Below are positions 29,070 to 38,272 of a stretch of DNA of 64,000 nt, in pieces. A model generated the notes under the pieces. The model did not search any database. It worked only from the letters and a program-made list of their open reading frames with translations, and was not told where the DNA came from. The position numbers and the translations under genes were made by a program. The stretch lies in the IMG/VR virus record IMGVR_UViG_3300038417_000475, positions 21,152 through 85,151 of that record; one strand, 5' to 3'. Source of the stretch: a virus. Numbering within the stretch: position 1 is the stretch's first letter; each line of letters begins with the position of its first letter.

Positions 29070-31388
29070 TTACATTTGATTGTCGATATACGTTTTCAGA
29101 AGCGAATAATTTATAAGTCCCCAACCGTAATCATTGCTCTTGGCTGAGGCATAATCGCCATATATCGACATCGCAGCCTTGATATGCTCCGTGGTCAGGA
29201 CCTTCCCCTTTTTACGGGCATACTGGATCGCCAGGGCTGTCACGTATGCGGCATGGGGTGTGGCCATTGACGTGCCGGAAATCGCGGCAAGCTGCGGAGG
29301 TCCGTCTCCAAGCTGCATGGCTGCGATATATCCGTTGGAAGTCGAAAGGATATCCACACCCGGAGCCACCACGTCGGGCTTGATGAATCCGGCTTTCGTG
29401 GGGCCTCGAGAGGAGAAGCTGGCTATGTTTCCGTGGATATCCACAGCTCCGACAGTCAACGCATCCGGTGAACAGCCGGGGCCTCCTACAGTCATCTGGC
29501 CAGGGCCGCTGTTGCCGGCAGCGATACAACAGATGATCCCAAGTTGCGTCATGGCGGTGATGGCCTGGCATTCCGGGTCATTCAGGTAATCATCGGGTTC
29601 GTCCCCTCCCAAAGACATCGAGATGATATCGGCTTTCCAGTGCAGAGCGTTCATCAGGCCGGCCAGTATCCAGCTTGCCATCCCTACGCCGATCCCGCCG
29701 CCCAGGACTTTGAACGGACGAACCTCTGCTCCCGGAGCTCCGCCCTTGAGCAACGCTCCTCGCGCAGGCCCGGCGAGAACCTTAAAAGGCCTCCCGCCGA
29801 TGCAGGTGTTACACCAGGTATTGTGGATAAAAGCCATACCTTGTTTACCAGCAAGGTAATAAGGGCTTTCTGGGTCAAGGGTGAAATCATAGAGGAACCC
29901 CTTGAAGTCTATCTCCTCAACAGATTTGGGCAATAGGTAAGGGGCTGTTCTGTGAACTTCAGTGTAGAGAGGCCTTTTCAGCTTCAGGTAGGGAATCAAC
30001 GCCTCGGTCATCCGGGTAAATCCTGCATCTACAGCAGATACTTGGTAACAAACCTTCTTCCCTTTACCAGAAGGTTTCTGTTTTGTAAACCGTCCTCCAA
30101 AACCTAGAACACCGAACAGGCTAACGATTTGCTGTGCCAGTTGCCTTGAAGTAGTGCTAACCCTGCATCTAGCACGATCAGGGTCGAAATGACCATCACC
30201 ATCTATGATCCCGGCCAGCACTGCCAGGAGTACATTCGTGGGTTGTTTTAAGAGCCTCTCCGGTATGGTATTCTCTTTCCGTCTTAGACCTAGCGCAATG
30301 AACTCTCTTTTCAATCCTGATACCTCAATGCTTCTACTCTTCTTGCGTTTTTTGGGAGTCCAAGCACAATAATGATAGCCGAGCTGCTTCAGATATGTCT
30401 CAATAGCAGGCCCTTCGTCATGGTGTAGAGAAAGGTTCACGGCACTGTGATGGAAACAGCCCTCAGCTATGAACAGCCCTGCCAAGTAGGCCAGATCTGT
30501 ATTCACAGTCTGTACGAAAGGCAGATTGATGATCTGCTCATTCGTAGCCAGACCGTAATTTCTATGGGACTGAATCAGGTCAGAAGCTCTCACATCCCTG
30601 TATCTTTTGCACCGTGGCTCATAGATTTTGAATGGATGCCACGGAGTTGTCACAAATTCAGATGTCCCGGCTTTCACTTTTATCAATTTGCCGTCGAAAG
30701 GAATCTTGTGTACAGCCAAGACCCTTACAGGTTTTCTGAAGCCGATCGTCCATGTGGGATCTACGGGTATTTTGGTAAATCCCAGTTCACTCTGGACCTC
30801 TGGAACCTTCAAATTCTCATAGAGGTCTTGGAATCGCACAAGGCCACAGAACGTAGTATAGACAAAGGCTTCTCCCTCAATGCAACCATGGCCGACCTCA
30901 TCGAACATAAAAGGCTGGCCGGGTACCGATGATTTACCATGTCCGAAGTATCCCTGGACCGCGAAATCCAAGGCTGTACCGGTATCGAGCACTGCAACTT
31001 TTACACCTTTGCCGGTGATACCGTCCGCGGCAGCTACGTCCGCTCCCACCATCTGCCCGCTCACCGATGTCGGGATCCTCTCGTGCGAGGAGTCGGAGGC
31101 GGCATAAGCCATGGCTTTCGCCGGCCCCGTGATGGGGTTGGAGAGGAAGAGGTTGATGAACTTGGAAAACTTCTGATCTACCGGCATGGTGATGCGGATG
31201 GCCCGTATCTGCTCCGGTTTCACGTTGAGCACATAAGGCACAGCTTCTATCGCCGCTACCTGGTTAGGCTGGATATCCACCTTCACAAAATTGAAATCGA
31301 GAGGAGCAGGGAATATACCCATCTTGGTCAGAGAAATGTTGACCTCGGCAAGATGAATAGGGTCTACCTGGACAAGGTATTTAGCCAT
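29070..31388 (-). CDS. subtilisin-like S8 serine protease with intein
   Basis: VAVLDTG (Asp), GHG|T (His), AAGNSG, SGTSMATPH (Ser), N-terminal prodomain. Confidence 0.95.
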   Translation of the reverse strand: MAKYLVQVDPIHLAEVNISLTKMGIFPAPLDFNFVKVDIQPNQVAAIEAVPYVLNVKPEQIRAIRITMPVDQKFSKFINLFLSNPITGPAKAMAYAASDSSHERIPTSVSGQMVGADVAAADGITGKGVKVAVLDTGTALDFAVQGYFGHGKSSVPGQPFMFDEVGHGCIEGEAFVYTTFCGLVRFQDLYENLKVPEVQSELGFTKIPVDPTWTIGFRKPVRVLAVHKIPFDGKLIKVKAGTSEFVTTPWHPFKIYEPRCKRYRDVRASDLIQSHRNYGLATNEQIINLPFVQTVNTDLAYLAGLFIAEGCFHHSAVNLSLHHDEGPAIETYLKQLGYHYCAWTPKKRKKSRSIEVSGLKREFIALGLRRKENTIPERLLKQPTNVLLAVLAGIIDGDGHFDPDRARCRVSTTSRQLAQQIVSLFGVLGFGGRFTKQKPSGKGKKVCYQVSAVDAGFTRMTEALIPYLKLKRPLYTEVHRTAPYLLPKSVEEIDFKGFLYDFTLDPESPYYLAGKQGMAFIHNTWCNTCIGGRPFKVLAGPARGALLKGGAPGAEVRPFKVLGGGIGVGMASWILAGLMNALHWKADIISMSLGGDEPDDYLNDPECQAITAMTQLGIICCIAAGNSGPGQMTVGGPGCSPDALTVGAVDIHGNIASFSSRGPTKAGFIKPDVVAPGVDILSTSNGYIAAMQLGDGPPQLAAISGTSMATPHAAYVTALAIQYARKKGKVLTTEHIKAAMSIYGDYASAKSNDYGWGLINYSLLKTYIDNQM
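29820..30884 (-). mobile_element. intein with LAGLIDADG homing endonuclease (355 aa)
   Basis: starts C after HG, block B 'TTPWHPF', 'LAGLFIAEG'/'LAGIIDGDG', ends 'FIHN' followed by Thr. Confidence 0.92.
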
Positions 31389-31395
31389 CTCTACC

Positions 31396-31791
31396 TCACT
31401 CTGTAGGGATATTCAAAGCGCCCTCAATACGTCCCAACCTGGTCGAGATATCCTGCAGGGGCTCTGCCAGTTCCTTTTGAGTCACGCAATTCTCAAGGTG
31501 AGCGGTTATCCGTGTATCTGTCACCGCTAGCGCCCCCTTGATTTCGGCCAGGTCCTTTATCATCCGGCCGCCTATGTCCACTAAACTTTTGTCCACTTCC
31601 GCCTTGTGATTTTCATGCGCTCTCCACAGTTTATCGAGAGAATCACCCTGGTCCTTCTGTACCTTCCCCTGGGCTTTCTGCGTATCCGTAATCTCCTGAT
31701 ACCGTCTCCCGAATGTCCATGCCGTGGTCAGGGCACCGGCAGCAACTCCTCCTACGCTGGAGATCGTATACCACAATGCGTTTAAGTCCAT
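31396..31791 (-). CDS. N-terminal TM + coiled-coil protein
   Basis: hydrophobic N-terminus, 'RLGRIEG' end. Confidence 0.6.
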   Translation of the reverse strand: MDLNALWYTISSVGGVAAGALTTAWTFGRRYQEITDTQKAQGKVQKDQGDSLDKLWRAHENHKAEVDKSLVDIGGRMIKDLAEIKGALAVTDTRITAHLENCVTQKELAEPLQDISTRLGRIEGALNIPTE

Positions 31792-31846
31792 ATCTCATCA
31801 ACTTCACACCCACCCCCAGGCCTCACCCACAGGTTGACGGCCTCCT

Positions 31847-32239
31847 TTATAAGCTACCTCTTGCCCCTTGCATATCTACCGACTGAGTCAGATGCGTTGT
31901 GGTGAAGGCGCTCAAGCCCGGCACCGCAGTACGCAGACCTTCAGGCACCGACTCTATCAGCTCGGGCGCGGCCTCTGTTACCTCAGGGGTTTGTATCTCA
32001 GGGGCTGCCGCAGCAACATTTGCTCGTATTTCGGAAATATCATTGATCATGCCGGGAGTCGGCAACCGCTTTTTCGGCATCTTCCGGATATCGGTTATCA
32101 TGCTGGTCTTTCCAACGGTAGGCAGATCAGGAAGCTGACCGGCCACACGGAGCAGTAATGGGGACACCCGAGGAAGAGCAGTGCCCTGCTCAACTTTTGA
32201 AATCCGAGAGGCAAATGTCTTTAACGGATTCATCTTCAT
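31847..32239 (-). CDS. Pro-rich protein, paralog of 28086-28532
   Basis: shared C-terminal ~32 aa. Confidence 0.7.
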   Translation of the reverse strand: MKMNPLKTFASRISKVEQGTALPRVSPLLLRVAGQLPDLPTVGKTSMITDIRKMPKKRLPTPGMINDISEIRANVAAAAPEIQTPEVTEAAPELIESVPEGLRTAVPGLSAFTTTHLTQSVDMQGARGSL

Positions 32240-32244
32240 CCCCC

Positions 32245-33237
32245 CTAGAGTTTAGGTATCCTGTCCAATATGGGAGCCACCTTATTGATCTCAGTTTCAA
32301 GTTTTGACACTCTCGCCTTCAGGTCACTCACCGTACTCTCATCAGCTGTCAATTTGTCCTGGAGCGTAGCAATATTCTGGTTCGCGGCAGCCAGGGCCGC
32401 GTTCGCTTTATCCGTAGAAGCCTGGTTGGCATCATCGATTCTCTTGTTCAGTGCTGCCGTAGTCAGGGGGAATTCGTTCTCGAGGTCACCGATTCTGCCA
32501 TCTGAGTTATTTATCTTGTCTGCCATCTTGGCATCAAGATCACTGATGTTCTGGTTGGCTGCCGCCAGAGCTGCATTGGCCTTGTCGGTGGCATCTGACT
32601 TGGCTTGGGCTAGTGCACTATCTGTATAATCTGTCCACAAGGGTCTTTCAGCTACAGAGGTGCTCTCAATCTGTGCTTTTATATTGGCCCAGTCATCTCC
32701 AGTCCTGTTCTTGATGTTGTCTAGCCTTGTCATAACCCCGTTAAGGTCATCTCGCGCACTATCTATCTGACCCTGCAGGGCATCTCTGGCTGTACCCATA
32801 TTCTGGTTGGCGGCAGCTAGCGCCTGATTGGACTTCAATGTGGCCCAATCCGAGGCAATGGACACTACGCCCTGGTAGTCATCTCCGACTCTGTTTTTGA
32901 GGTCGTTCAGTCTTTGGACCGCAGCGGCTGCTTTAGCCTGTGCATCAGCTATTTGAGCCCGCGAATCAGATGCCCATTGCAGTAACTGGTTAATTTTCGT
33001 GTCTACTGCACCGTTTAGATTATCGAAAGTGGTGTTGAGGTCATTCAGCTTGTTCGCCGCAGTAAGGAGCGCATCAGCCACGTCATACAGGGCTGTATCG
33101 ATGTCGTTGGCCGGGCCACCCAGAGAGGATATAACATTGGGCCAATGCCCGAGCTGTGCATAAATACTGTCTGCGACAGCCTTTACTTTTAGTCCAGCCT
33201 CCCCTATTTGGTCTTTGACATTGAGAATGTCTTGCAT
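32245..33237 (-). CDS. long coiled-coil protein with internal repeats
   Basis: 'TDKANAALAAANQNI' x2 plus variant; 'RLN/DNLKNR.GDD' x2. Confidence 0.7.
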   Translation of the reverse strand: MQDILNVKDQIGEAGLKVKAVADSIYAQLGHWPNVISSLGGPANDIDTALYDVADALLTAANKLNDLNTTFDNLNGAVDTKINQLLQWASDSRAQIADAQAKAAAAVQRLNDLKNRVGDDYQGVVSIASDWATLKSNQALAAANQNMGTARDALQGQIDSARDDLNGVMTRLDNIKNRTGDDWANIKAQIESTSVAERPLWTDYTDSALAQAKSDATDKANAALAAANQNISDLDAKMADKINNSDGRIGDLENEFPLTTAALNKRIDDANQASTDKANAALAAANQNIATLQDKLTADESTVSDLKARVSKLETEINKVAPILDRIPKL

Positions 33238-33699
33238 CTACTTCCTTCTGATCGTCTGCAATACCGCTATGGAACTCAAAGGGCTTTTCTTGTCCCACCC
33301 CATAAAGGTCTTGAATTCCTCAGGGGTGAACGAATCGTTGATCTTCCCCAGGTAGGTATCGCCAACCCTCTGGCCAATAATGGGGCCGACCACAGGCACG
33401 AATTCAAGCAGGTCAGCCAGGTCCCGGCCTATGGAGGCTTTGAGCGCGGCGCTGTGCCCCGGGGTCATCGAAGGGGCTTTGAGCTGGGGCAGACGCAGTT
33501 CGGGCAGAGTTACACTCCCGAATGGCGTCCCCATCTCGGCCTCCGGAAGATACGGCGCTTTGTCCATAACAGCGTTGATCGCCTTGATAGGCGGAGAGCT
33601 GTCAAGTTTCCGGGAGACCTTCAGCGCCGCCCTCCCTAAGGTGCTCTCAAACGGGAGTTTGCTCGGTATCGGAGGGGGTGGTATCCGTATCGCACCCAT
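33238..33699 (-). CDS. hypothetical protein
   Basis: SD GGGGG, 'LLEFVPVVGPII'. Confidence 0.6.
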   Translation of the reverse strand: MGAIRIPPPPIPSKLPFESTLGRAALKVSRKLDSSPPIKAINAVMDKAPYLPEAEMGTPFGSVTLPELRLPQLKAPSMTPGHSAALKASIGRDLADLLEFVPVVGPIIGQRVGDTYLGKINDSFTPEEFKTFMGWDKKSPLSSIAVLQTIRRK

Positions 33700-33708
33700 T
33701 CTCCCCCC

Positions 33709-33855
33709 TTATTTGGGTATTACGTCCGAGATCCGGGGCAGGAATTTGGGAAGCACAGACTCAACAGACTGGAAAATCTTGGGAACGCCGGGGATAGCAG
33801 GGAGCTTCGTCATCATTCGGACCAGACCCGTGGGCATAGCAACTTGAGCAGACAT
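33709..33855 (-). CDS. small Pro-rich peptide related to 28086/31847 N-termini
   Basis: 'IPGVPKIFQSVES.LP..LPRIS'; SD GGAGGTG. Confidence 0.5.
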   Translation of the reverse strand: MSAQVAMPTGLVRMMTKLPAIPGVPKIFQSVESVLPKFLPRISDVIPK

Positions 33856-33915
33856 AACAACACCTCCCGCACATTTTCTCCAAAAAGAGATGCCGAAACC
33901 CAAAAAGGTAATTCA

Positions 33916-33945
33916 AAACTAACGGAATCGGAGAAACGTTGTCAA
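33916..33945 (-). promoter_or_regulatory. sigma70-like promoter
   Basis: TTGACA-acgt(18 bp)-TAGTTT. Confidence 0.6.
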
Positions 33946-33955
33946 GAGGTTGTGC

Positions 33956-34255
33956 TTATTTTTGGTCTTTGCTGACTTCCCGCAGGAGTTCGATAATCTC
34001 AGGAGGAAGGTTCTCCGACAATTTCTTGGCGTCCGCCAGCATTTGACTGACCGCCCTTATTTTCTCTATCGGCATCGAGCTGATCAGCCTCACCAGCTCC
34101 AGGCCGTTGTCTAAAGACTTGGGGTCTCCGGAGGTCAGGGCCTTGGCTTTGTCCAGAATCTCGCCGATCTGTTTGAGCTTCCTCTGGTCTATCGCTGCCA
34201 GGTCATGGACCAGCTGCTGCGCCTTGCCAACTCCATCAAAAATCTTCGGCATCAT
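33956..34255 (-). CDS. helical hypothetical protein
   Basis: SD GGAGG. Confidence 0.6.
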   Translation of the reverse strand: MMPKIFDGVGKAQQLVHDLAAIDQRKLKQIGEILDKAKALTSGDPKSLDNGLELVRLISSMPIEKIRAVSQMLADAKKLSENLPPEIIELLREVSKDQK

Positions 34256-34265
34256 GGCAAACCTC

Positions 34266-35210
34266 CTACTCTATGACGCTCTGCGCTACGGAGCCCGTAA
34301 TGAATTTATGGTCGATCTCCGGGCAGGCCATCAGGTCACTCGGGAAATCATTGCCTTCCAGGTAGGGCAGGAACGGCTCTGCCAGCCTGTGGAATACAGC
34401 TTCGATCGCCGACTTCTTAAAATCCTCAGGGTGGACCTGGATATCGACATACATGGCCTCTCCCATCCAGTTGCAGACCTCCTGGATGGTGGGAGGCTTG
34501 GGGTTTGTCAGCCAGTATTTGCCGGCGAGCTGCTGTTTGACGATGTAATCCGCCACCGCGTCGACAGGGACCAGGTTGATATGCCCGTCCGGATTGCCTT
34601 TGACCCTGAACTGCGGTGTCAGAACAGGCAAACGCAACGTACCTTCGATGGCCCGCCTCACAATCTCAGCCCTTTCATGGACTGCGCAGATTCCCCGGGC
34701 AAACTGGTAGAGGGCGCCCATCGAAGGCTTGATGATATTCATGCAGGGGATGATCACCCCCGGCTTGAAGACAGCCTTGAAGAGCCAGGTCTGGGCATCG
34801 ACCGCCTTCTCCGCCGCTTTCTTGGAGATCTCGTAGGAATTGCGCCCTATGGTGTACGCCGTCCCAACGTAGAAAAGTTGCGATACGTTATAGCGTTTGC
34901 AGAAGTCGATTACATGAATAGTGCCATCGTAATTCGTCTTCCAGACCCGGTCTTCGTGCTTCGTTCCCAGGTTGATATCCGCCGCCAGGTGGTAAAGAGC
35001 GTCAAATCTGCGGACGTTAGCCTCGTCCTCTCTGACTCCCAGCAGATTCTCCACAATATCGCCATGGATGATATCCATATCCGGAAAGAGCTTCTTCGTT
35101 TTATCCACGTCGCGGGCTATGAGAGTCACGAGATCACCGCGCTCGATGAGTCGCGGTACCACTTCCTGCCCGAGCTGCCCCGATGCGCCTGTCACCAGAA
35201 TCTTCATCAT
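34266..35210 (-). CDS. extended SDR oxidoreductase (fatty acyl-CoA reductase/male-sterility-like)
   Basis: TGASGQLG, YHLAA, TNYDGT, YEISK. Confidence 0.85.
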   Translation of the reverse strand: MMKILVTGASGQLGQEVVPRLIERGDLVTLIARDVDKTKKLFPDMDIIHGDIVENLLGVREDEANVRRFDALYHLAADINLGTKHEDRVWKTNYDGTIHVIDFCKRYNVSQLFYVGTAYTIGRNSYEISKKAAEKAVDAQTWLFKAVFKPGVIIPCMNIIKPSMGALYQFARGICAVHERAEIVRRAIEGTLRLPVLTPQFRVKGNPDGHINLVPVDAVADYIVKQQLAGKYWLTNPKPPTIQEVCNWMGEAMYVDIQVHPEDFKKSAIEAVFHRLAEPFLPYLEGNDFPSDLMACPEIDHKFITGSVAQSVIE

Positions 35211-35228
35211 TACCTCCACAGTTCCTTA

Positions 35229-35670
35229 TTAAACCGCCAAGGCAAATTGCCGCCGTTGCTTTTGGCAGGCACGGCAAAATCTATAACCATGCCAGGCATA
35301 CGTATTTTCTTCATCAAAAGGATGCCCATGCTTACAAGCTGTTTTCTTGGCATTCAAGGCAGTCGGGCTAAGACCACGAAGAAGATTTATCTTAAGCGGA
35401 ACAGGCTCCAAATGCCCTGGATTCACGCATAAGGTATTTATGCAGCCTCTAGCCTTCACATGATCTAGCGTATAACTTTCAGGTATGGGCCCCACCATGA
35501 GTTCATAGGAAAAACGGTGTGCCAACACATGCTTGCCATTAACTTTAAACATCCCATACCTAAGCCCACCCCTACCACTACTAGTACCTGCCTGCCAGAG
35601 CCAGCAGGCATCAGGATCAGTATGAGGCCCGACTTTCTCCCAAAACCGCTCTTCAACTGTTTTTTTTCAT
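35229..35670 (-). pseudogene. HNH endonuclease, frameshifted in A8 run after ATG
   Basis: in-frame 'EERFWEKVGPHTDPDACWLW..AHRFSY..LDH..CVNPGHLE' near-identical to 44630-45130; ATG 35670 is one A out of frame. Confidence 0.75.
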
Positions 35671-35933
35671 CGTCGGTTATCACAGCCCTTATGGCTATAG
35701 TGGGCATCCTTCCCCTTTTTGCCCACCCTCATCAGTGTGCCACCTCCTCGCCCACAGTGCACGCAGACAATCGGCCCTCCGGGAGCTGGAGGCGGTAAGC
35801 CCGGGACAGCATCCAGGATAGGGATGTCCGAGACCAACTTCCCGGGCACCTTTGGGTATTGATCCATCAATTCCCGCAAGTGAACCAGAGACTGGGTGGC
35901 ACTCCCCACCAGCACAACTCGTTTCTCGTCCAT
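35667..35933 (-). CDS. Zn-finger hypothetical protein
   Basis: CVHCG..HKGC; ATG 35933 follows PKS stop. Confidence 0.5.
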   Translation of the reverse strand: MDEKRVVLVGSATQSLVHLRELMDQYPKVPGKLVSDIPILDAVPGLPPPAPGGPIVCVHCGRGGGTLMRVGKKGKDAHYSHKGCDNRR

Positions 35934-35934
35934 A

Positions 35935-37083
35935 TCAAGCCCAGTAGAGCAAAATTCCATACGTTTTGAAGCCGGCGCCCATTGTGAGCACCAGGCCCCA
36001 GTCGCCCGGCTGGGCCTGCTCTTTCGCCAGGCGCCCGATTGAAGCAATGGTAGCAGAACTCTGGTTACCCTGCTGCCTCAGGATTTGCCTCGAGTAAGCC
36101 AGCTTCTCCTCCGGGATCTTCAGGCGATCGCGGATATTGTCCAGGACTTTGACCCCGCCCGGGTGAATAATAAGGTGTTTGATGTCGCGCAGCGTCATCC
36201 CCGGGACCTGTTCCAGGATTCTGTTTACCACCCTCTCGACCAGCACAGGTGCCACCTTCGGCACATCCTTGTCCAGCTTCACCTTCAGCCGGCCGTCCAC
36301 CCAGTCAAAGCCAAGATAGTCAATATAGCGGCGGTCGAACTCTTCGGCAAAAGCCCAGATCCAGGGGTGCTTCGGGTTGTCATCCTGCCCGATCAAACAG
36401 GCACAGGCCCCGTCGCTGAAAATGGCATTGGCCACCGTATTCTCCAGGTCTTTCTCCGGAGCCGGGTAGAACGTGGCGGTGCAGATCTCCGCCGTTATTA
36501 CCAGCGCGGGGTAGCCCGTCTGCATGAAATGGTCATGGGCCCTGCGGATAGCCGGAGCTCCGCCAACGCACCCGCCTCCGATCATATCGGTATGCTCAAT
36601 ATCAGAGGGCAGCTTCAGCAGCATCGAATAAAAGTAACTCAGAGAGGGGCAGAGCAGCCGGGGTTGCGTTGTGGTAGCAAAGGTGATTGAGCCGATGTCC
36701 TTACGGATCTCTAAACCTTCGATGCACTGTAAGGCGGCTTCCAGCCCCAGGTTTACAGCACCCGCCTCATATTCCTGGCACATCTGCTCAAAGGTCATAT
36801 TACGCAGCTTGCTGGGATGAATCCAGCACGGCCGCCGGTCGATCCCGGAATTCTTGAAGATATTCCAGACCCGTTGAGACGTGTAGCCCAGGGCATCATA
36901 TGCTTCCTTCTGGGTCACAAATGTCTTGGGGACTGCGGTACCCAGTGAGATGATCTTGGCCCTCTTCGGCTTCCGATAATAGGCCGCCGAGCGTTGGGGG
37001 GCTGCCTCTTCCTGCCGTTTAATAGTTTCAGGAGTCCGGGTATCCGGAAAGCCGTTCAGGTCTGGTCTGGTTGCAATCATCAT
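35935..37083 (-). CDS. type III polyketide synthase (chalcone synthase-like)
   Basis: catalytic triad GGGCVGG / IIHPGG / GNQSSAT, 'AEICT', 'AIFSDGA', 'MGAGF'. Confidence 0.92.
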   Translation of the reverse strand: MMIATRPDLNGFPDTRTPETIKRQEEAAPQRSAAYYRKPKRAKIISLGTAVPKTFVTQKEAYDALGYTSQRVWNIFKNSGIDRRPCWIHPSKLRNMTFEQMCQEYEAGAVNLGLEAALQCIEGLEIRKDIGSITFATTTQPRLLCPSLSYFYSMLLKLPSDIEHTDMIGGGCVGGAPAIRRAHDHFMQTGYPALVITAEICTATFYPAPEKDLENTVANAIFSDGACACLIGQDDNPKHPWIWAFAEEFDRRYIDYLGFDWVDGRLKVKLDKDVPKVAPVLVERVVNRILEQVPGMTLRDIKHLIIHPGGVKVLDNIRDRLKIPEEKLAYSRQILRQQGNQSSATIASIGRLAKEQAQPGDWGLVLTMGAGFKTYGILLYWA

Positions 37084-37298
37084 ACCCCCGGAGCTTTCGG
37101 CATCGGCTGGTCAAATGCGTGGGCATAATCTTCCAAAGCCACATAGTAATCCACTACACCCTTCCTGAATTCTGGGGTTTCTATAAGAAGCTCCATCAGT
37201 TTTCTGAAACCATCACGGCCTAATCCCCTGATTTCTTCCGGGCTCAGTATATAATCTGGATCCTTCTGGTACTTTTCAAAAATCTCTTCCGGCTTCAT
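37080..37298 (-). CDS. hypothetical protein
   Basis: SD AAGGAGG. Confidence 0.55.
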   Translation of the reverse strand: MKPEEIFEKYQKDPDYILSPEEIRGLGRDGFRKLMELLIETPEFRKGVVDYYVALEDYAHAFDQPMPKAPGV

Positions 37299-37309
37299 TT
37301 AGGCCTCCT

Positions 37310-38272
37310 TCATTTCGCCACCGCCTGGCTGATGACCAGTGCCAGCATCCACAGGAACATCACCCCCATTGCCGCCATAATCGCCTTGTTGTTGAATTTC
37401 AGCTCAGCCTGCTTGACGTCCGGCTTTGTTTCGCAGACCGCCAGGATGCAGTAGATAAACGGCGGCATGAGGGCCAGAGTAGAGAGCGTCAGCGGCGCTA
37501 GGTACCCGCCGATGACAAGGGCTATCTGGATGATGTACGCAAAGCCCAGCAGTGTACACGTAAAGAGCACCGGGTTGACTCCCGTCTTCCAGGCCAGGGC
37601 GCCCATGTTGCGGAGTCCGGAACTCCAGTTGACATCCGCATCGAACGCCTGGTCGATGAATTCCGCGCCAAACCCAAACGTCCAACCGAAAACTAGCCCT
37701 GCCATAAAAGCCGGGCCGAAATTGTGGAACACAAATGTGCTGGAGGCCGCAGCTCCAAGACAACATGCCAATGGCCCAAAGCCCAAACCCAACACAGTCT
37801 CGCAGGCATAATGTAATTTACCGAGGGAATAAAACGGAGAACAGAGAGCTGATAGCCCCCATGGCAGCCAAATCCAAGCTGAGGCATAGTGAGCAATGAT
37901 CGCAGCCACTACCGCAGACGCAGCCAACCAGCAGAGGGCATTGACAAGAACTTCAGTTGGCTTCATCAAGCCAGTCACAATGACCTGGTTGCCGCTGGTG
38001 TAGGACTTCGGCTTCGAGGTATCATCGCCGATATGGTCAATCCCTGTAGTATAGTCAAAGAATGTATTGAGTGAGTGTTCCCCAGCCATCAATAGACCAG
38101 AGCAGACGATTGCTAACGCAATCAGCCAGCCCGCAGCGCCGGTGAGAATGCAACCGAGGGCCACGGCACATCCGGCTGCTGGCAATGCAAAGGGTCTACT
38201 TAATATGACTATGTGGATTCTTGCTCTTTGTAGTAACGAAAGTCCTGATTTTGGCAGTAACTTTTGGCTCAT
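37310..38272 (-). CDS. UbiA/MenA-family prenyltransferase
   Basis: 'LSRPFAL', 'NTFFDYTTGID', 'DQAFDADVN', multiple TMs. Confidence 0.88.
   Translation of the reverse strand: MSQKLLPKSGLSLLQRARIHIVILSRPFALPAAGCAVALGCILTGAAGWLIALAIVCSGLLMAGEHSLNTFFDYTTGIDHIGDDTSKPKSYTSGNQVIVTGLMKPTEVLVNALCWLAASAVVAAIIAHYASAWIWLPWGLSALCSPFYSLGKLHYACETVLGLGFGPLACCLGAAASSTFVFHNFGPAFMAGLVFGWTFGFGAEFIDQAFDADVNWSSGLRNMGALAWKTGVNPVLFTCTLLGFAYIIQIALVIGGYLAPLTLSTLALMPPFIYCILAVCETKPDVKQAELKFNNKAIMAAMGVMFLWMLALVISQAVAK

Noticed and set aside
28086-32239. Diversity-generating retroelement TR/VR pair in the duplicated tails
   Set aside because: No reverse transcriptase in the window, and the differences are not adenine-specific.
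32245-33237. Tail tape-measure protein
   Set aside because: Too short and no neighbouring tail tube or chaperone genes recognised.
34107-35432. 441-aa plus-strand ORF
   Set aside because: Antisense shadow of the SDR and HNH genes; no motifs.
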